The position numbers were made by a program, and so were the translations under genes. DNA of 62,262 bases, filler included. It is 9 parts of 9 records of this genome, joined end to end, with 100 filler letters (N's around TTAATTAATTAA, not from the genome) between each part and the next. Parts side by side here need not be neighbours in the genome. Positions count along the whole stretch, not along the records: positions 31,111 to 37,862 come from SRR31147125_20416; positions 37,963 to 44,711 come from SRR31147125_20426; 7 more parts are not named here. One strand, 5' to 3'. Below are positions 33,061-43,244 of this stretch, one piece after another. Numbering within the stretch: the stretch's first letter is position 1; each line of letters starts with the position of its first letter. The notes beneath the pieces were generated by a model. That model was not told the DNA's origin and did not search any database. It was given only the letters and a program-made list of their open reading frames with translations.

Positions 33061-33495
33061 TTAGCGAAGATGGACCTTTTTCCTGCAATTTATGAATGCC
33101 CAAAAAACCACAGCCAGGCCAATGACAATGAAAACTAAAGGTAAAAAAATGTGATGAAAAGTGCTGCTGACGATAGCCGTTTCGGGGTTTTCTTTTAAAA
33201 AAAACACCTTGATTTTCTCCCCTTTTTCGGGTGCGACAATTAAATGAGTCTTAACCTTACTTTTTATAAAATGGACGTTCCCTTGATTATCTTCGTATTT
33301 AACGATAGGCCTACCCCCAAAACCGGATCTACCTCCGGCAGGGGCTTTATCGATAATTCCATATACAGAAACCGCCTTGTTCGTAAAAATGATGTGGGAG
33401 CCAATTTTGTACGTAAAAGAAATTAAAACAATCAGCCCAAAGCACAACATCAATATATTTGGTATTATATCCCTATCCGATGAAATTTTTTTCAT
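33061..33495 (-). CDS. DUF3592-like 2-TM membrane protein
   Basis: TM, PIVKYED..G, GEKIKVFFLKENPETA, TM. Confidence 0.7.
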   Translation of the reverse strand: MKKISSDRDIIPNILMLCFGLIVLISFTYKIGSHIIFTNKAVSVYGIIDKAPAGGRSGFGGRPIVKYEDNQGNVHFIKSKVKTHLIVAPEKGEKIKVFFLKENPETAIVSSTFHHIFLPLVFIVIGLAVVFWAFINCRKKVHLR

Positions 33496-33554
33496 TTGTG
33501 TTAACCAATTAAATTTTAGATAAAAAATGAGTGCAAATACTTGGATAGAAAAAC

Positions 33555-36500
33555 CTATTCAGGCAATCCCGCTCCACGTACTGCATCCATATATGTTTTT
33601 TTGACTTTAAGATTTTTATATGGAAGTCCTTCTTCAAATTTTTTTAATGAGAATGATGGGTTGAGCTTCAACACCTCTTGAGCCTGTATACGGGCGTCTT
33701 CTCCCCTTTCCAGAAGAGAATAGATACTGCACAGGTTAAGGTGAGAAATGAAATTCCTGGGTTGTTCTTTTACGGCCTTTTCCGACCACCTGAGTGCTTC
33801 TTCATAATCACCCCTGCTACGGTACATTGCAGCTAATGCATTTAGTGCCCACCCAGGAGAGATTGGGTTGGATTCAATTGCTTTTTTCATAAGCAGAATG
33901 GCTTTATCGATTTTATCCAGATAAAGGTATTGGTTTGCAACGATAGCAAGTGTATCCGCTCCGCTAGGACTCTTTTCAACGGCTTTCTCCAACTCCGGCA
34001 GACTTTTATCATATTCTCTTTGTTTTACAAAAATGCAACCAAGCAATGCATGGGCGTCACCCAAAGAGTTATCTATGGACAGTGCTTTCCGGGACAATAC
34101 CGCAGCCTTGTTTAGAGATTCCCGAGGCAATTTGGTTGACCCAATCCAGGTATCCATATAGTGGGAGGAACTCAACCACCTATAGGCAGATGCATAATGT
34201 GGATCAAGTTCAATTGCTTTTTTTAATAGCTCTTTGGCTTTCAGATTGTCCTCTATATTAAAATGCCTTAATAGCTCTCTGGCTTCTAACACGAGCAAAT
34301 ACACATCAAGATTGTCCGTGCCCTTAGACCTGATACGTGCCTGCTCCCCTTCTGTTAGTTTTACCTGCAGGGCTGTGATTATTTTCTTGGTGATTTCATC
34401 TTGAAGTGCAAAGAGGTTTTTCTGCTTTCTATCATATTTCTCAGCCCACATGTGATGTCCAGTTTGTGCATCAACTAATTGGGCTGTGATACGAATTTTG
34501 TTCCTATCTTTTCTTATACTACCCTCAAGTATATATCGAGCACCTAAATCCTGCCCTATCTTCTGAATTTTTAATGATTTCCCCTTGTATTTAAATGTTG
34601 ATTTCCTGGAGATGACAGTCATCTTTGGGGTTTTGGAAAGCGCCGTAATAATATCTTCGGTAATTCCATCACTAAAATATTCCTGGGCTGGGTCTTCGCT
34701 CATATTGTCAAAGGGAAGAACAGCTATTGATGGTTTATCCATCAGTGGATCCCGGGATTTATCAGGCAGGCCGGCCTTAGCCAAGGCGTTTATTAAAAAG
34801 TCTCTGTCCTTGGTTTTATTGATAGGCCATTTCTTAATACTTGTTATGCTGAATCCAGGATTCCGTTTAAGTATCTCTTCTGTTTCCGTTTTTGCCTTTC
34901 TATTACGTCCTGACAGCATATATGCAGCAACCAGACGAACACGTGCCGTTTCATCATTCGCATTATTATCAAGAACCTTTTTAAACTTTTCAATCGCCTC
35001 TTCATATCTATCCATAAAAATGTAGCAATGGCCAGCCATTGTTAGGTACCAGTTCAAAGCCTTTGGGTCGAGACGTATTGCTTTATCAAACCATGATAAC
35101 GATTCTTTATATCTTCCTGCGTATGCCAGAGAACGGGCTAAATGAGCTATTGCCAATGAATCTCCCGGGCTGAGAGAAACAGCTTTTTCGCCCTGGGCTA
35201 CCGCTTCATCATATTTCCTTTTAGCTGTCAATATGGCACTTAAGACACAATGGCCAAATGGTGAGAATTCATCCAAAGCAATCGCCTTTTCAGCCAATTT
35301 AGTGGCGATTTTCAAGGAATCCTTGGGTGATTTGCTTAAACCAAAGCGGATACCAAATATATGTGTCCACGCTAAGTCCACGTAGGGCGAAGCAAACCCA
35401 GGATCCAATTCAATAGCCTCTTCGAGGATCTGTCTCGCTTTAAAGCAGTCGTCTTTATTTAAACGTAAAAAAAAATTGCGTCCTTCTGTCCATTTTAAAT
35501 AGGCGTTTAGATCCGTTGTGCTTCTTGTTAAAGCGTATAGTTTTTCTCCCTCAGTCAGTTTCACCTGCAGAGCCGTCATGACATGCATAGTGATTTCATC
35601 CTGAAGCGCAAAAATCTCTTTCAAAGATCGATCAAAGCGCTCAGCCCACAAGTGATTTCCCCTCAGAGTATCAACCAGTTGAACAGTTATACGCAATCTA
35701 TTATCGGCTTTTCTAACACTTCCTTCCAGGACATAACGAATGCCAAGTTCTTCAGCGATTTGTTTAACTTTTACGGACTTCCCTTTGTAATGGAATACCG
35801 AATTTCTTGCAATAACAAACAGATCTGGGATTTTTGAGAACGCATAAATTATTTCATCGGTTAAACCATCACAAAAATAATCCAGGCTGCTGTCACTACT
35901 GATATTGTCAAATGGCAACACAGCAATGGAGGGACCTTCAGGCATTTTATATGCCATATTTTCAATGGAAGCTTGTTCAAATTCAGGCGCCGTGATGTTT
36001 TGGAAGATCTGATATCCTGACATTGTCAGGATGAATGTAGCGATAACTATAGTTGGCCACACCCACGATTTGATTTGTGATTTCGGTTCGTCCCCGATCA
36101 GCGTCCCTGAATCCTTGGGATCCATAAGGATTTTGTAAACCCTTACCGGATCTTTAATGTTCTTTACATTATGCTCACCCATGTATTCATATCCAAGATC
36201 AAGTTTGTTTTTAATTTGATCATACGCATTCCTTGAAATACTGACACCACCAGGCTCAGCAAGACCTTCAATTCGGGCCGCAATGTTTACACCCTCACCG
36301 TACAGACTGTCTTCATCCTGTACGACATCGCCGATATTAATTCCGATACGGAATATTAATTGTTTATCATCAGGAAGCGCTGAATTTTTGTCTTTTAATC
36401 TTTTTTGAATTTCAACGGAGCATTGAACCGCTTCAAAAGCACTTGGAAATTCAGCCAAAATATTGTCACCCGGAGCATCAACGATACGACCATGATGCCG

Positions 36501-36647
36501 GCTAATAATACCTGACATAATCTTCCGGTATTCTTTGAGAATTTTTATGGTGAAGGTTTCGTCCTTTGTCATTAACAGGCTATAACCTTTGACATCGGCA
36601 CTGAGAATGGCTCTGAGTTTTCTTGTAGCTTTCTGTTTTTCTTTCAT
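33555..36647 (-). CDS. class III adenylate/guanylate cyclase, TM helix, two tandem (TolB-N-like + TPR) modules
   Basis: AILSADVKGYS, APGDNILAEF, RIGINIGD, YGEGVNIAARIE; PSIAVLPFDN...YF.DG.T..II occurs twice, each followed by TPRs. Confidence 0.9.
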   Translation of the reverse strand: MKEKQKATRKLRAILSADVKGYSLLMTKDETFTIKILKEYRKIMSGIISRHHGRIVDAPGDNILAEFPSAFEAVQCSVEIQKRLKDKNSALPDDKQLIFRIGINIGDVVQDEDSLYGEGVNIAARIEGLAEPGGVSISRNAYDQIKNKLDLGYEYMGEHNVKNIKDPVRVYKILMDPKDSGTLIGDEPKSQIKSWVWPTIVIATFILTMSGYQIFQNITAPEFEQASIENMAYKMPEGPSIAVLPFDNISSDSSLDYFCDGLTDEIIYAFSKIPDLFVIARNSVFHYKGKSVKVKQIAEELGIRYVLEGSVRKADNRLRITVQLVDTLRGNHLWAERFDRSLKEIFALQDEITMHVMTALQVKLTEGEKLYALTRSTTDLNAYLKWTEGRNFFLRLNKDDCFKARQILEEAIELDPGFASPYVDLAWTHIFGIRFGLSKSPKDSLKIATKLAEKAIALDEFSPFGHCVLSAILTAKRKYDEAVAQGEKAVSLSPGDSLAIAHLARSLAYAGRYKESLSWFDKAIRLDPKALNWYLTMAGHCYIFMDRYEEAIEKFKKVLDNNANDETARVRLVAAYMLSGRNRKAKTETEEILKRNPGFSITSIKKWPINKTKDRDFLINALAKAGLPDKSRDPLMDKPSIAVLPFDNMSEDPAQEYFSDGITEDIITALSKTPKMTVISRKSTFKYKGKSLKIQKIGQDLGARYILEGSIRKDRNKIRITAQLVDAQTGHHMWAEKYDRKQKNLFALQDEITKKIITALQVKLTEGEQARIRSKGTDNLDVYLLVLEARELLRHFNIEDNLKAKELLKKAIELDPHYASAYRWLSSSHYMDTWIGSTKLPRESLNKAAVLSRKALSIDNSLGDAHALLGCIFVKQREYDKSLPELEKAVEKSPSGADTLAIVANQYLYLDKIDKAILLMKKAIESNPISPGWALNALAAMYRSRGDYEEALRWSEKAVKEQPRNFISHLNLCSIYSLLERGEDARIQAQEVLKLNPSFSLKKFEEGLPYKNLKVKKTYMDAVRGAGLPE

Positions 36648-37142
36648 TAAATCACCCCGCTTATACCGGTAGTGGTTTAAAATTTAATTTTTCAGAAACT
36701 GCTCTGTTTTGAATAGGTGAGGCTTGGTATTGGCCATGGAAGATCAATTGGGGATCTATTTTCTCTCAGATTAGAAAAATATACAAATTGTTATTAAATG
36801 GGTCAAGATATTATTGAAGAGGGTGCTGGATATGGAAAATGGTCATAAAAATCGGCTTTAGTAGGGTGTTGCTTTTGTCTATACGCCCTCAGAATTTCAC
36901 CTGGTTTTCAGGGGACGAATTTGTTCTGTTATTGGTGAGGTCCTGTAAATTCCAAATAGACCGGTTACATACCGTTCTTGCGGGGTTTCGATTTACTTCG
37001 TTTCCCTATATTATTGCTTTTTAATCTTGCTTTGTGTAACGTGGATAAGATCCAAAGATAGAATATTTCTGTTGGTATCTTACCATATGCCCCTGATAAA
37101 AAAATTGCGCTCAAAGGTATCATCCCCTATGGCACTTAACCA

Positions 37143-37325
37143 ATGAAAGTGATCATCATGTCCAACGAACGAAAAGTCACACGCAAACTCAGAGCCATTT
37201 TTTCAGCCGATGTAAAAGGGTACAGCGTCCTTATGGCGGATGATGAGGCCTCAACGGTTCAGACCCTGAAAGATTACCGGAATATCATGTCAATATGTAT
37301 TAAACCCTTTCAAAATTGCGTGTAA
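37143..37325 (+). pseudogene. truncated N-terminus of a paralogous class III cyclase
   Basis: RKVTRKLRAIFSADVKGYSVLM..DE closely matches the N-terminus of 33555-36647; similarity ends near 37300. Confidence 0.8.
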
Positions 37326-37527
37326 TTCCAATACACCATGATATTTTCTGAGCAGGAAAAATTTGCTTTTGCGCTATACAGGAACCACATATGAAAATCC
37401 TTGCCTCTAAAACCTATCATATGGTAACACATGGCCTGGCTGAAGGCGGCAACGGCTGCGTCCGGATATTTTCATCATTCAATGCCTGATTTGAATTAGA
37501 GCGCCGCCATAGTTCGGAGGCCCGCCC

Positions 37528-37862
37528 ATGGTTACCATACTGCTTTATGCGCTGGTGGTGTGCATCTGGGGATCGACTTGGCTGGCTGTCAGATTTCAGG
37601 TGGGTGTTATCCCGCCGGAAGCTTCCGTTGCCTATCGCATCGGAATCGCCGCCATTTGCATGTTTGCCTGGGCCGTGTTTAGACGCCGGCCGTTGCGTTT
37701 TACCTGGCGACAGCATCTGTTGATGGCGCTTCAGGGCGGGTTGATCTTTTCAACCAACTTTTTCCTTTTTTACCATGCCGCCGCATTTATGACTACCGGA
37801 TTGATCGCCATGATATTTTCCACGGCGTCCGCCATGACCCTATTGCTCAATGCACTTATTTT
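37528..37862 (+). CDS. DMT/EamA family transporter, 3' truncated
   Basis: LVVCIWGSTWLAVR, PPEASVAYR. Confidence 0.85.
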
Positions 37863-37962
37863 NNNNNNNNNNNNNNNNNNNNNNNNNNNNNNNNNNNNNN
37901 NNNNNNTTAATTAATTAANNNNNNNNNNNNNNNNNNNNNNNNNNNNNNNNNNNNNNNNNNNN
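37863..37962. other. artificial contig spacer
   Basis: N-run with TTAATTAATTAA. Confidence 0.98.
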
Positions 37963-38270
37963 GGACCTCCGCTTGAAAAAACTTTCGATGACTGAAACAC
38001 ATTCTCAATAGGAAATTCTTTATTTCTTATTTCGTCATAAAACTTTAGATTAAATGCACTAAGTTTCACACCTAATGGTTGAAGTGACTTTGTAGATATT
38101 TCCAAAACTTTTAATCCGTTAAAGTTTTTGTTAATACTATTGTGCATTGAAGTAATGCATTTTTGCTTCTGTGATTTAGAAAAACCACTAAACCATTCAA
38201 AATCTATAAAGCGTTGGTAGTAAAGTTTTGCTTTGTCAGGTGTGCTTAAAAAACATAACCTTTTTGCCAT
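37963..38270 (-). CDS. DarT1-associated NADAR-like protein (DUF6977-like), 3' truncated
   Basis: FEWFSGFSKSQKQK, LEISTKS, LGVKLSAFNL, ENVFQSSKVF..GG recognised from memory of this family; GGGAGG RBS. Confidence 0.7.
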
Positions 38271-38305
38271 TCATTATCCTCCCATTAATTTGTTATCTAG
38301 ATGCT

Positions 38306-38338
38306 AAGAGTAGCTACACTATATGTAGACTACTCTTA
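38306..38338. terminator. intergenic hairpin (possible terminator or processing site)
   Basis: TAAGAGTAGCTACA-CTATA-TGTAGACTACTCTTA; no good U-tract on the minus strand. Confidence 0.45.
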
Positions 38339-38360
38339 AATATAAAATGACTAGTTTGAT

Positions 38361-38819
38361 TTATACTCCCATTTGATTAAGTCCTTTTGTTGTTTTGATA
38401 TAGTCGAATAAACCAACATAAAATCCAATACTTAATCCGATTGCTAGCATGATTAACATAGATATTCCAGCGGCTTTCGCTCCACGTCTTCCGCCTAGAA
38501 TATAACTAATACCTAAGCCTGAAACAGCAGCTCCTGCCATATCTCCTGCTGTAACGTTTCCATTGCTCATCCATTCTGCAACTTTTAGGAATCCAAAGTA
38601 CCATATATATCCCATAAAATATGCACCGAAGACAGAAATCACTCCAGCAAAAAGGATGCCTATACCTGCTCCAAATCCTGCATTTCCAAAAACTGCAATT
38701 ACAAGTATAGCTACAATAATTCCTTGCATTATAGTGAAAAATTTAGCAAGACTTTTAGCCTTTTGCTTCAAAATTTCAAAGTTGTTTCTCATTTGCTGTG
38801 GTGTGTTTCCTAAGTTCAT
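38361..38819 (-). CDS. Gly/Ala-rich membrane protein of unknown function
   Basis: GAGGAG RBS; about 4 hydrophobic segments with GxxxG/glycine-zipper patterns (GNAGFGAGIG, AGAAVSGLG, IGLSIG). Confidence 0.75.
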   Translation of the reverse strand: MNLGNTPQQMRNNFEILKQKAKSLAKFFTIMQGIIVAILVIAVFGNAGFGAGIGILFAGVISVFGAYFMGYIWYFGFLKVAEWMSNGNVTAGDMAGAAVSGLGISYILGGRRGAKAAGISMLIMLAIGLSIGFYVGLFDYIKTTKGLNQMGV

Positions 38820-38943
38820 TTTACTCTCCTCTAATGATTTATTTAAGATTAAATATACAGTTTTTATACCCCTCCAAATTATTTATATTTTCATCTTATA
38901 TTAATTACTTGTATGTCAAAAAAGATACCTGTTTATTTATTGA

Positions 38944-41900
38944 CTAATTCCAACTTCCGTTAATAATAAATGAATTATAGTCATACCTTGAGAACATTTT
39001 TTGATCAGGATTGTCTTTTTCCTTTTTAACAAGTCCCATATAAAATTCTTTTAAAAACGTTCTTTGCAACATACTATAATTATTTTTTTGCAATAGATTG
39101 CTATGAAATTTAAAACCATCCTGGGTTATGTTAAAATCGTGTATACATTGTTTAATTGTTAAATTTTTCATATAAGTCTTGGTTTGATTATATGCCTGCA
39201 ATTTTGTATAACCCTTACATAATAGTTCATAAAACTTAACCATAAATACATAAGCTGAAAAATCATTAACTTTCCATAATGATGATATAACAGTTTCAAC
39301 TCCTGCCAACTTAAAAGCTCTGTTAAATCCATATAATCCACCACCATAAACGCTATCGCCTAATGCTGATTGACATAATGAAAGTACAACCATATTAGTT
39401 GAAGTATAATCATGTAGACTGATTTCTAAAGCATCTAGATGTATATTATCGAGAGCATTTTTATCATTAGACAGAATGATCTTGCTATTAGTCATAGGAT
39501 TTTGAGATATACTTGGTTTAATATCGATTATGTCGTCAATGCTTACAACGTTGCTATCACTCCTATTTTCATATGTGCCATGAGTGCTAATATGGAGTAT
39601 TGAATATTCATCTTCACCAATGATACTAGACTTGTCAACCTGAATGCCAGTGTGTTGCTTGTACTCAAATTTATTTTGGTGAATCATTTGGCTAATTCTC
39701 TCTACTTCTAAAATAGAAAAAGGAAGCTGCTTGTATCTGTTATCCCTAGGTTCATCGCTACCTCTATGCGGTGCTAACTTGTTTGGAAAAACTGGACTAC
39801 CAACTAAACTAGCATCAAGACTATCAAAATTTTTTTCTATTCGTAATAAGTCTTTAGCAGATGACAAATAAGTTATTTCTTTACCCTCAAATAATTCTAC
39901 AAATGGAAACTTGAATAAAAAGTCATCAGAGCAAATAATTATATGTGTTTTATCATTGATGCTGTTTAATAGAATTTGCATATGTTTCTTAATTCTATTA
40001 AGTATTGCAATATTTTCCTTCTTTATTAATTCAATATCGTCTGCTTCATTCTTGAACTTTATTGAATTAGTAATAATGTTTGTATTTTTAATATATTGAT
40101 CAATTAACGGTACTATATTTGCATCACATTTAACTAAGCTAATTTTGTTGGATGTTATTATGAATAAAACTAACTCGTTGTCATAGCAATAATTAAAATC
40201 CAACAATATTTGCTTTCTACATAAACATGACTGTATATTAGTTAAATAATCTTTTTGTAATGTTTCGCTAAATGGAATGTTTTTGGATATTTCATATCTT
40301 TGTTGTTTTAGCTTGAAAATTTCTGTTTTAAGTTCTCTTTGGCTGCCTATACCATTTTCAGCCTTGTTATTTAAATCCTGTATTTGGTTGTTTAGTTGGT
40401 TTATATTGATTTTACTATCATAAGAAATTTCTTTTGCATAATAATCGACATCTAAAAGCAAAGTTTTGAATAGTAATGCATATTTGTATGCAGTTTTAGC
40501 ATATTTGTCACTAAGAGAAGAGTAAATAACAAGATAGAACTTAAATCTTAGAATCGTTTCATGAATAAAATTATATTTCGCACTATCATTAAATAGGTTA
40601 GTAAAATTATCTTGTAGATAGCATATTGTTTCTTTAAGGTATTTATCTATATAATATAATGCTTTTGGTTCTTCATGTTCATAACAATGCCCATGTATTA
40701 TTGCTAAGTTATGCGTAGCCAACATATTAGCTTTTTTATTGTTAATATCATCTTTAGTTAAATCATATACTTTAAGAAAATTTTTTTCTGCTAATTCTAG
40801 CTTTCCTAATCTCATGTATGCAGTACCAATATTGAGTATAGCATTTAATGTATACTCATGCTTTTCTCCTAGCAAAGAGTAACAGTCAGGGAGAATACTT
40901 TCACCATATGCTATTGCTTCCTCATATTTCTCTTCCTCGACAAGAAAACAGGTCAAATTTGATTGATCTTGTACTACTGCTGGTGTGAGTTCTCCGTATT
41001 TTTTAATCTTCAGTTCTATATTGTGTCTGATTGAATCAATATCCACAATTTGATTATTACATGAATGATCTATTACTGCTTTATTAGATATCCAATCTAA
41101 AACACGTTGATGGCTATTCCCTAGTAATTTTGACCCTGAATCAATGCATACTTGGATATATTCTCTTGCATTATCTAAATCTCCAAGTTCTCGATAAATA
41201 GACGATAAGTCACAATATAATTGTAAGGTTTCAATATTATTGATTCCAAGAAGATTTTCTTTTATTCGAAGCGCAGACTCTTTATATACTCTCGCTTCTT
41301 CAACCTCTCCGTGTTGCAACGATACATTGCCTAAATTAGATAGACTCGTAGCAGTTTCTTTATGGTTTTCTCCAAATACTTTCCTTTTTAGCTCTAAACA
41401 TTCTTTTGTTATTTTTTTTGATTTTTCTAAATATCCACCTGCTCTATATGCTTCTGCTAAATTAGACATAGATAAAAGAGTAGAAGGATGGTTTTTACCT
41501 AATAATTGATTCTTTAAATTGTATGATTTACTCGAAAGTTCAATAGATAATTCGAAGTTTCCAAACTCCATGTATCTTACAGCTAAATTTGTAACAGAAC
41601 TCATTGTAGATAGATTCTCTTCGCCATATAGTGATTTAAGCAGTTCGTATTGCTTTTTATTTACTTCAATCGATTTTTTGATATTGCCATTATCTTTTAA
41701 AGCGAGTGCATAAGTTCCCATAACTCTAAGAGTATTGAAAGCATCTTCACCATATGAAGTCTTTTCCAATTCATAGCATTCTTCAATAATTGCTAAAGAT
41801 TCTGCATATTGACCTAACTCTGAGTAAAGTCCTGCAAGAGTATTCATTGAGTTTAGCGTACTTCTGTGCGAATTTCCTAAATGCTCTCTATAAAAGTCAA

Positions 41901-42567
41901 GACATTCTAATCCTAAATCAAGTGCAGTCTCATAATCTCCCAATCCCTTATACGAAAGAGCAGAAATGTGTTGGCAATCCATTGCATTCACACCTACACC
42001 ATTATAATACGAACAAAACAGTTCATATCCCCCTTTAGATAATTCTAGTGATTTCTTATAATCACCATTAGAGTATATGGAAATAGCGTAATTCTGTAAC
42101 GCTTTGATAGTAACAATATCTTCTTTTCCTAGATTATTTAACGCAAGTAAGTAGGTTTTGTTGCTGAGTTTTACGCCTTCTTCCATGTCTTTTTTCTCCA
42201 AATAAAGACCACTTAGATTTAATAGTGCCATAATAGTCTGTCTATGGTGTTTACCAAATATTTCGCACCGCATTTCATATACATACATTGCACATTTAAG
42301 AGCTTCATCATAATTTGTCATTAAGCTGTATGCATTGTACATGTGTTCTACTACAATGGTGATTTTTTCATCATATATTTCCAACTCATCTAATATCTCA
42401 TAACTCTTATTATTGTATTTTAGTGATTCTATAACATCACCTTGATTCATATACTCATAAGCCAATCTATTTAAAGCTATTGCAACTTCTTCACTATTTA
42501 TGCCATATGTATCTATACTATCTTCTAATTCCTCATATAATTTGTCAATAGCATCACTCATCATCAT
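38944..42567 (-). CDS. TPR-CHAT caspase-like protease
   Basis: Long array of ~42-aa kinesin-light-chain-type TPRs (G..H..T..S..NLA); coiled coil; CHAT domain with ILHISTHG (His), VVLSLCQSALG (Cys), RAFKLAGV, SLWKVND. Confidence 0.9.
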   Translation of the reverse strand: MMMSDAIDKLYEELEDSIDTYGINSEEVAIALNRLAYEYMNQGDVIESLKYNNKSYEILDELEIYDEKITIVVEHMYNAYSLMTNYDEALKCAMYVYEMRCEIFGKHHRQTIMALLNLSGLYLEKKDMEEGVKLSNKTYLLALNNLGKEDIVTIKALQNYAISIYSNGDYKKSLELSKGGYELFCSYYNGVGVNAMDCQHISALSYKGLGDYETALDLGLECLDFYREHLGNSHRSTLNSMNTLAGLYSELGQYAESLAIIEECYELEKTSYGEDAFNTLRVMGTYALALKDNGNIKKSIEVNKKQYELLKSLYGEENLSTMSSVTNLAVRYMEFGNFELSIELSSKSYNLKNQLLGKNHPSTLLSMSNLAEAYRAGGYLEKSKKITKECLELKRKVFGENHKETATSLSNLGNVSLQHGEVEEARVYKESALRIKENLLGINNIETLQLYCDLSSIYRELGDLDNAREYIQVCIDSGSKLLGNSHQRVLDWISNKAVIDHSCNNQIVDIDSIRHNIELKIKKYGELTPAVVQDQSNLTCFLVEEEKYEEAIAYGESILPDCYSLLGEKHEYTLNAILNIGTAYMRLGKLELAEKNFLKVYDLTKDDINNKKANMLATHNLAIIHGHCYEHEEPKALYYIDKYLKETICYLQDNFTNLFNDSAKYNFIHETILRFKFYLVIYSSLSDKYAKTAYKYALLFKTLLLDVDYYAKEISYDSKININQLNNQIQDLNNKAENGIGSQRELKTEIFKLKQQRYEISKNIPFSETLQKDYLTNIQSCLCRKQILLDFNYCYDNELVLFIITSNKISLVKCDANIVPLIDQYIKNTNIITNSIKFKNEADDIELIKKENIAILNRIKKHMQILLNSINDKTHIIICSDDFLFKFPFVELFEGKEITYLSSAKDLLRIEKNFDSLDASLVGSPVFPNKLAPHRGSDEPRDNRYKQLPFSILEVERISQMIHQNKFEYKQHTGIQVDKSSIIGEDEYSILHISTHGTYENRSDSNVVSIDDIIDIKPSISQNPMTNSKIILSNDKNALDNIHLDALEISLHDYTSTNMVVLSLCQSALGDSVYGGGLYGFNRAFKLAGVETVISSLWKVNDFSAYVFMVKFYELLCKGYTKLQAYNQTKTYMKNLTIKQCIHDFNITQDGFKFHSNLLQKNNYSMLQRTFLKEFYMGLVKKEKDNPDQKMFSRYDYNSFIINGSWN

Positions 42568-43204
42568 ACTCCATAAGAGCTATACTATATTTCCCTAATG
42601 AATTTATATCATTAAATATAAATCTGTATTCATCCCATACAATTTCAGAAATGTTGGATGTAACTATATTGCCTTGATGATCTTCTAAAACTATATCAAT
42701 ATCACCTTCTGATAATTGTGTTGTAGGGTGAGTTATCGCAACAACCAAAGCATTTTTTTCTTGTTTAATTGTGCATATATATTCAGAGTTCTTCAATTCA
42801 ACATACACATATTCATTTTTGTTTAAATCCACATCCATTATATTATTATCAACTTCACTTTCCCCTCTTGTAGCACTTACTAATGAGCTAGGAGTAAAAG
42901 CATTATAGTCATTAATAGATGATTGTACTTTTGATACAATCAAACTCATTTTATTAACCTGAGCATTCACAATTTGTATAGCAATATCTGCTAAATTAAT
43001 TTTACTAGCTTTAAATGCCTCAATAGAATCCATTAGTTCTCTAGTTGCCTCATATTTTAAATATGCTTGCTTGCATTTAGGGCATTCATTCATATGTTTT
43101 TGGTCATTATAGTATTTCTCTATTAATCTTATATCGTTTCTGATTTCTAGTAATCCATTATATCTTAATTCAAAATCATTAATATTCAAGCAATTTGTTT
43201 TCAT
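42554..43204 (-). CDS. putative zinc anti-sigma (zf-HC2/ZAS-like) protein with C-terminal beta-sandwich-like region
   Basis: C5...H37MNEC41PKC44; GAGGAG RBS; 3' end overlaps the CHAT gene start. Confidence 0.55.
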   Translation of the reverse strand: MKTNCLNINDFELRYNGLLEIRNDIRLIEKYYNDQKHMNECPKCKQAYLKYEATRELMDSIEAFKASKINLADIAIQIVNAQVNKMSLIVSKVQSSINDYNAFTPSSLVSATRGESEVDNNIMDVDLNKNEYVYVELKNSEYICTIKQEKNALVVAITHPTTQLSEGDIDIVLEDHQGNIVTSNISEIVWDEYRFIFNDINSLGKYSIALMEYDDE

Positions 43205-43244
43205 ATCTATTCGCTCCTCAATATTTGTTTATGAAGTATATCTT

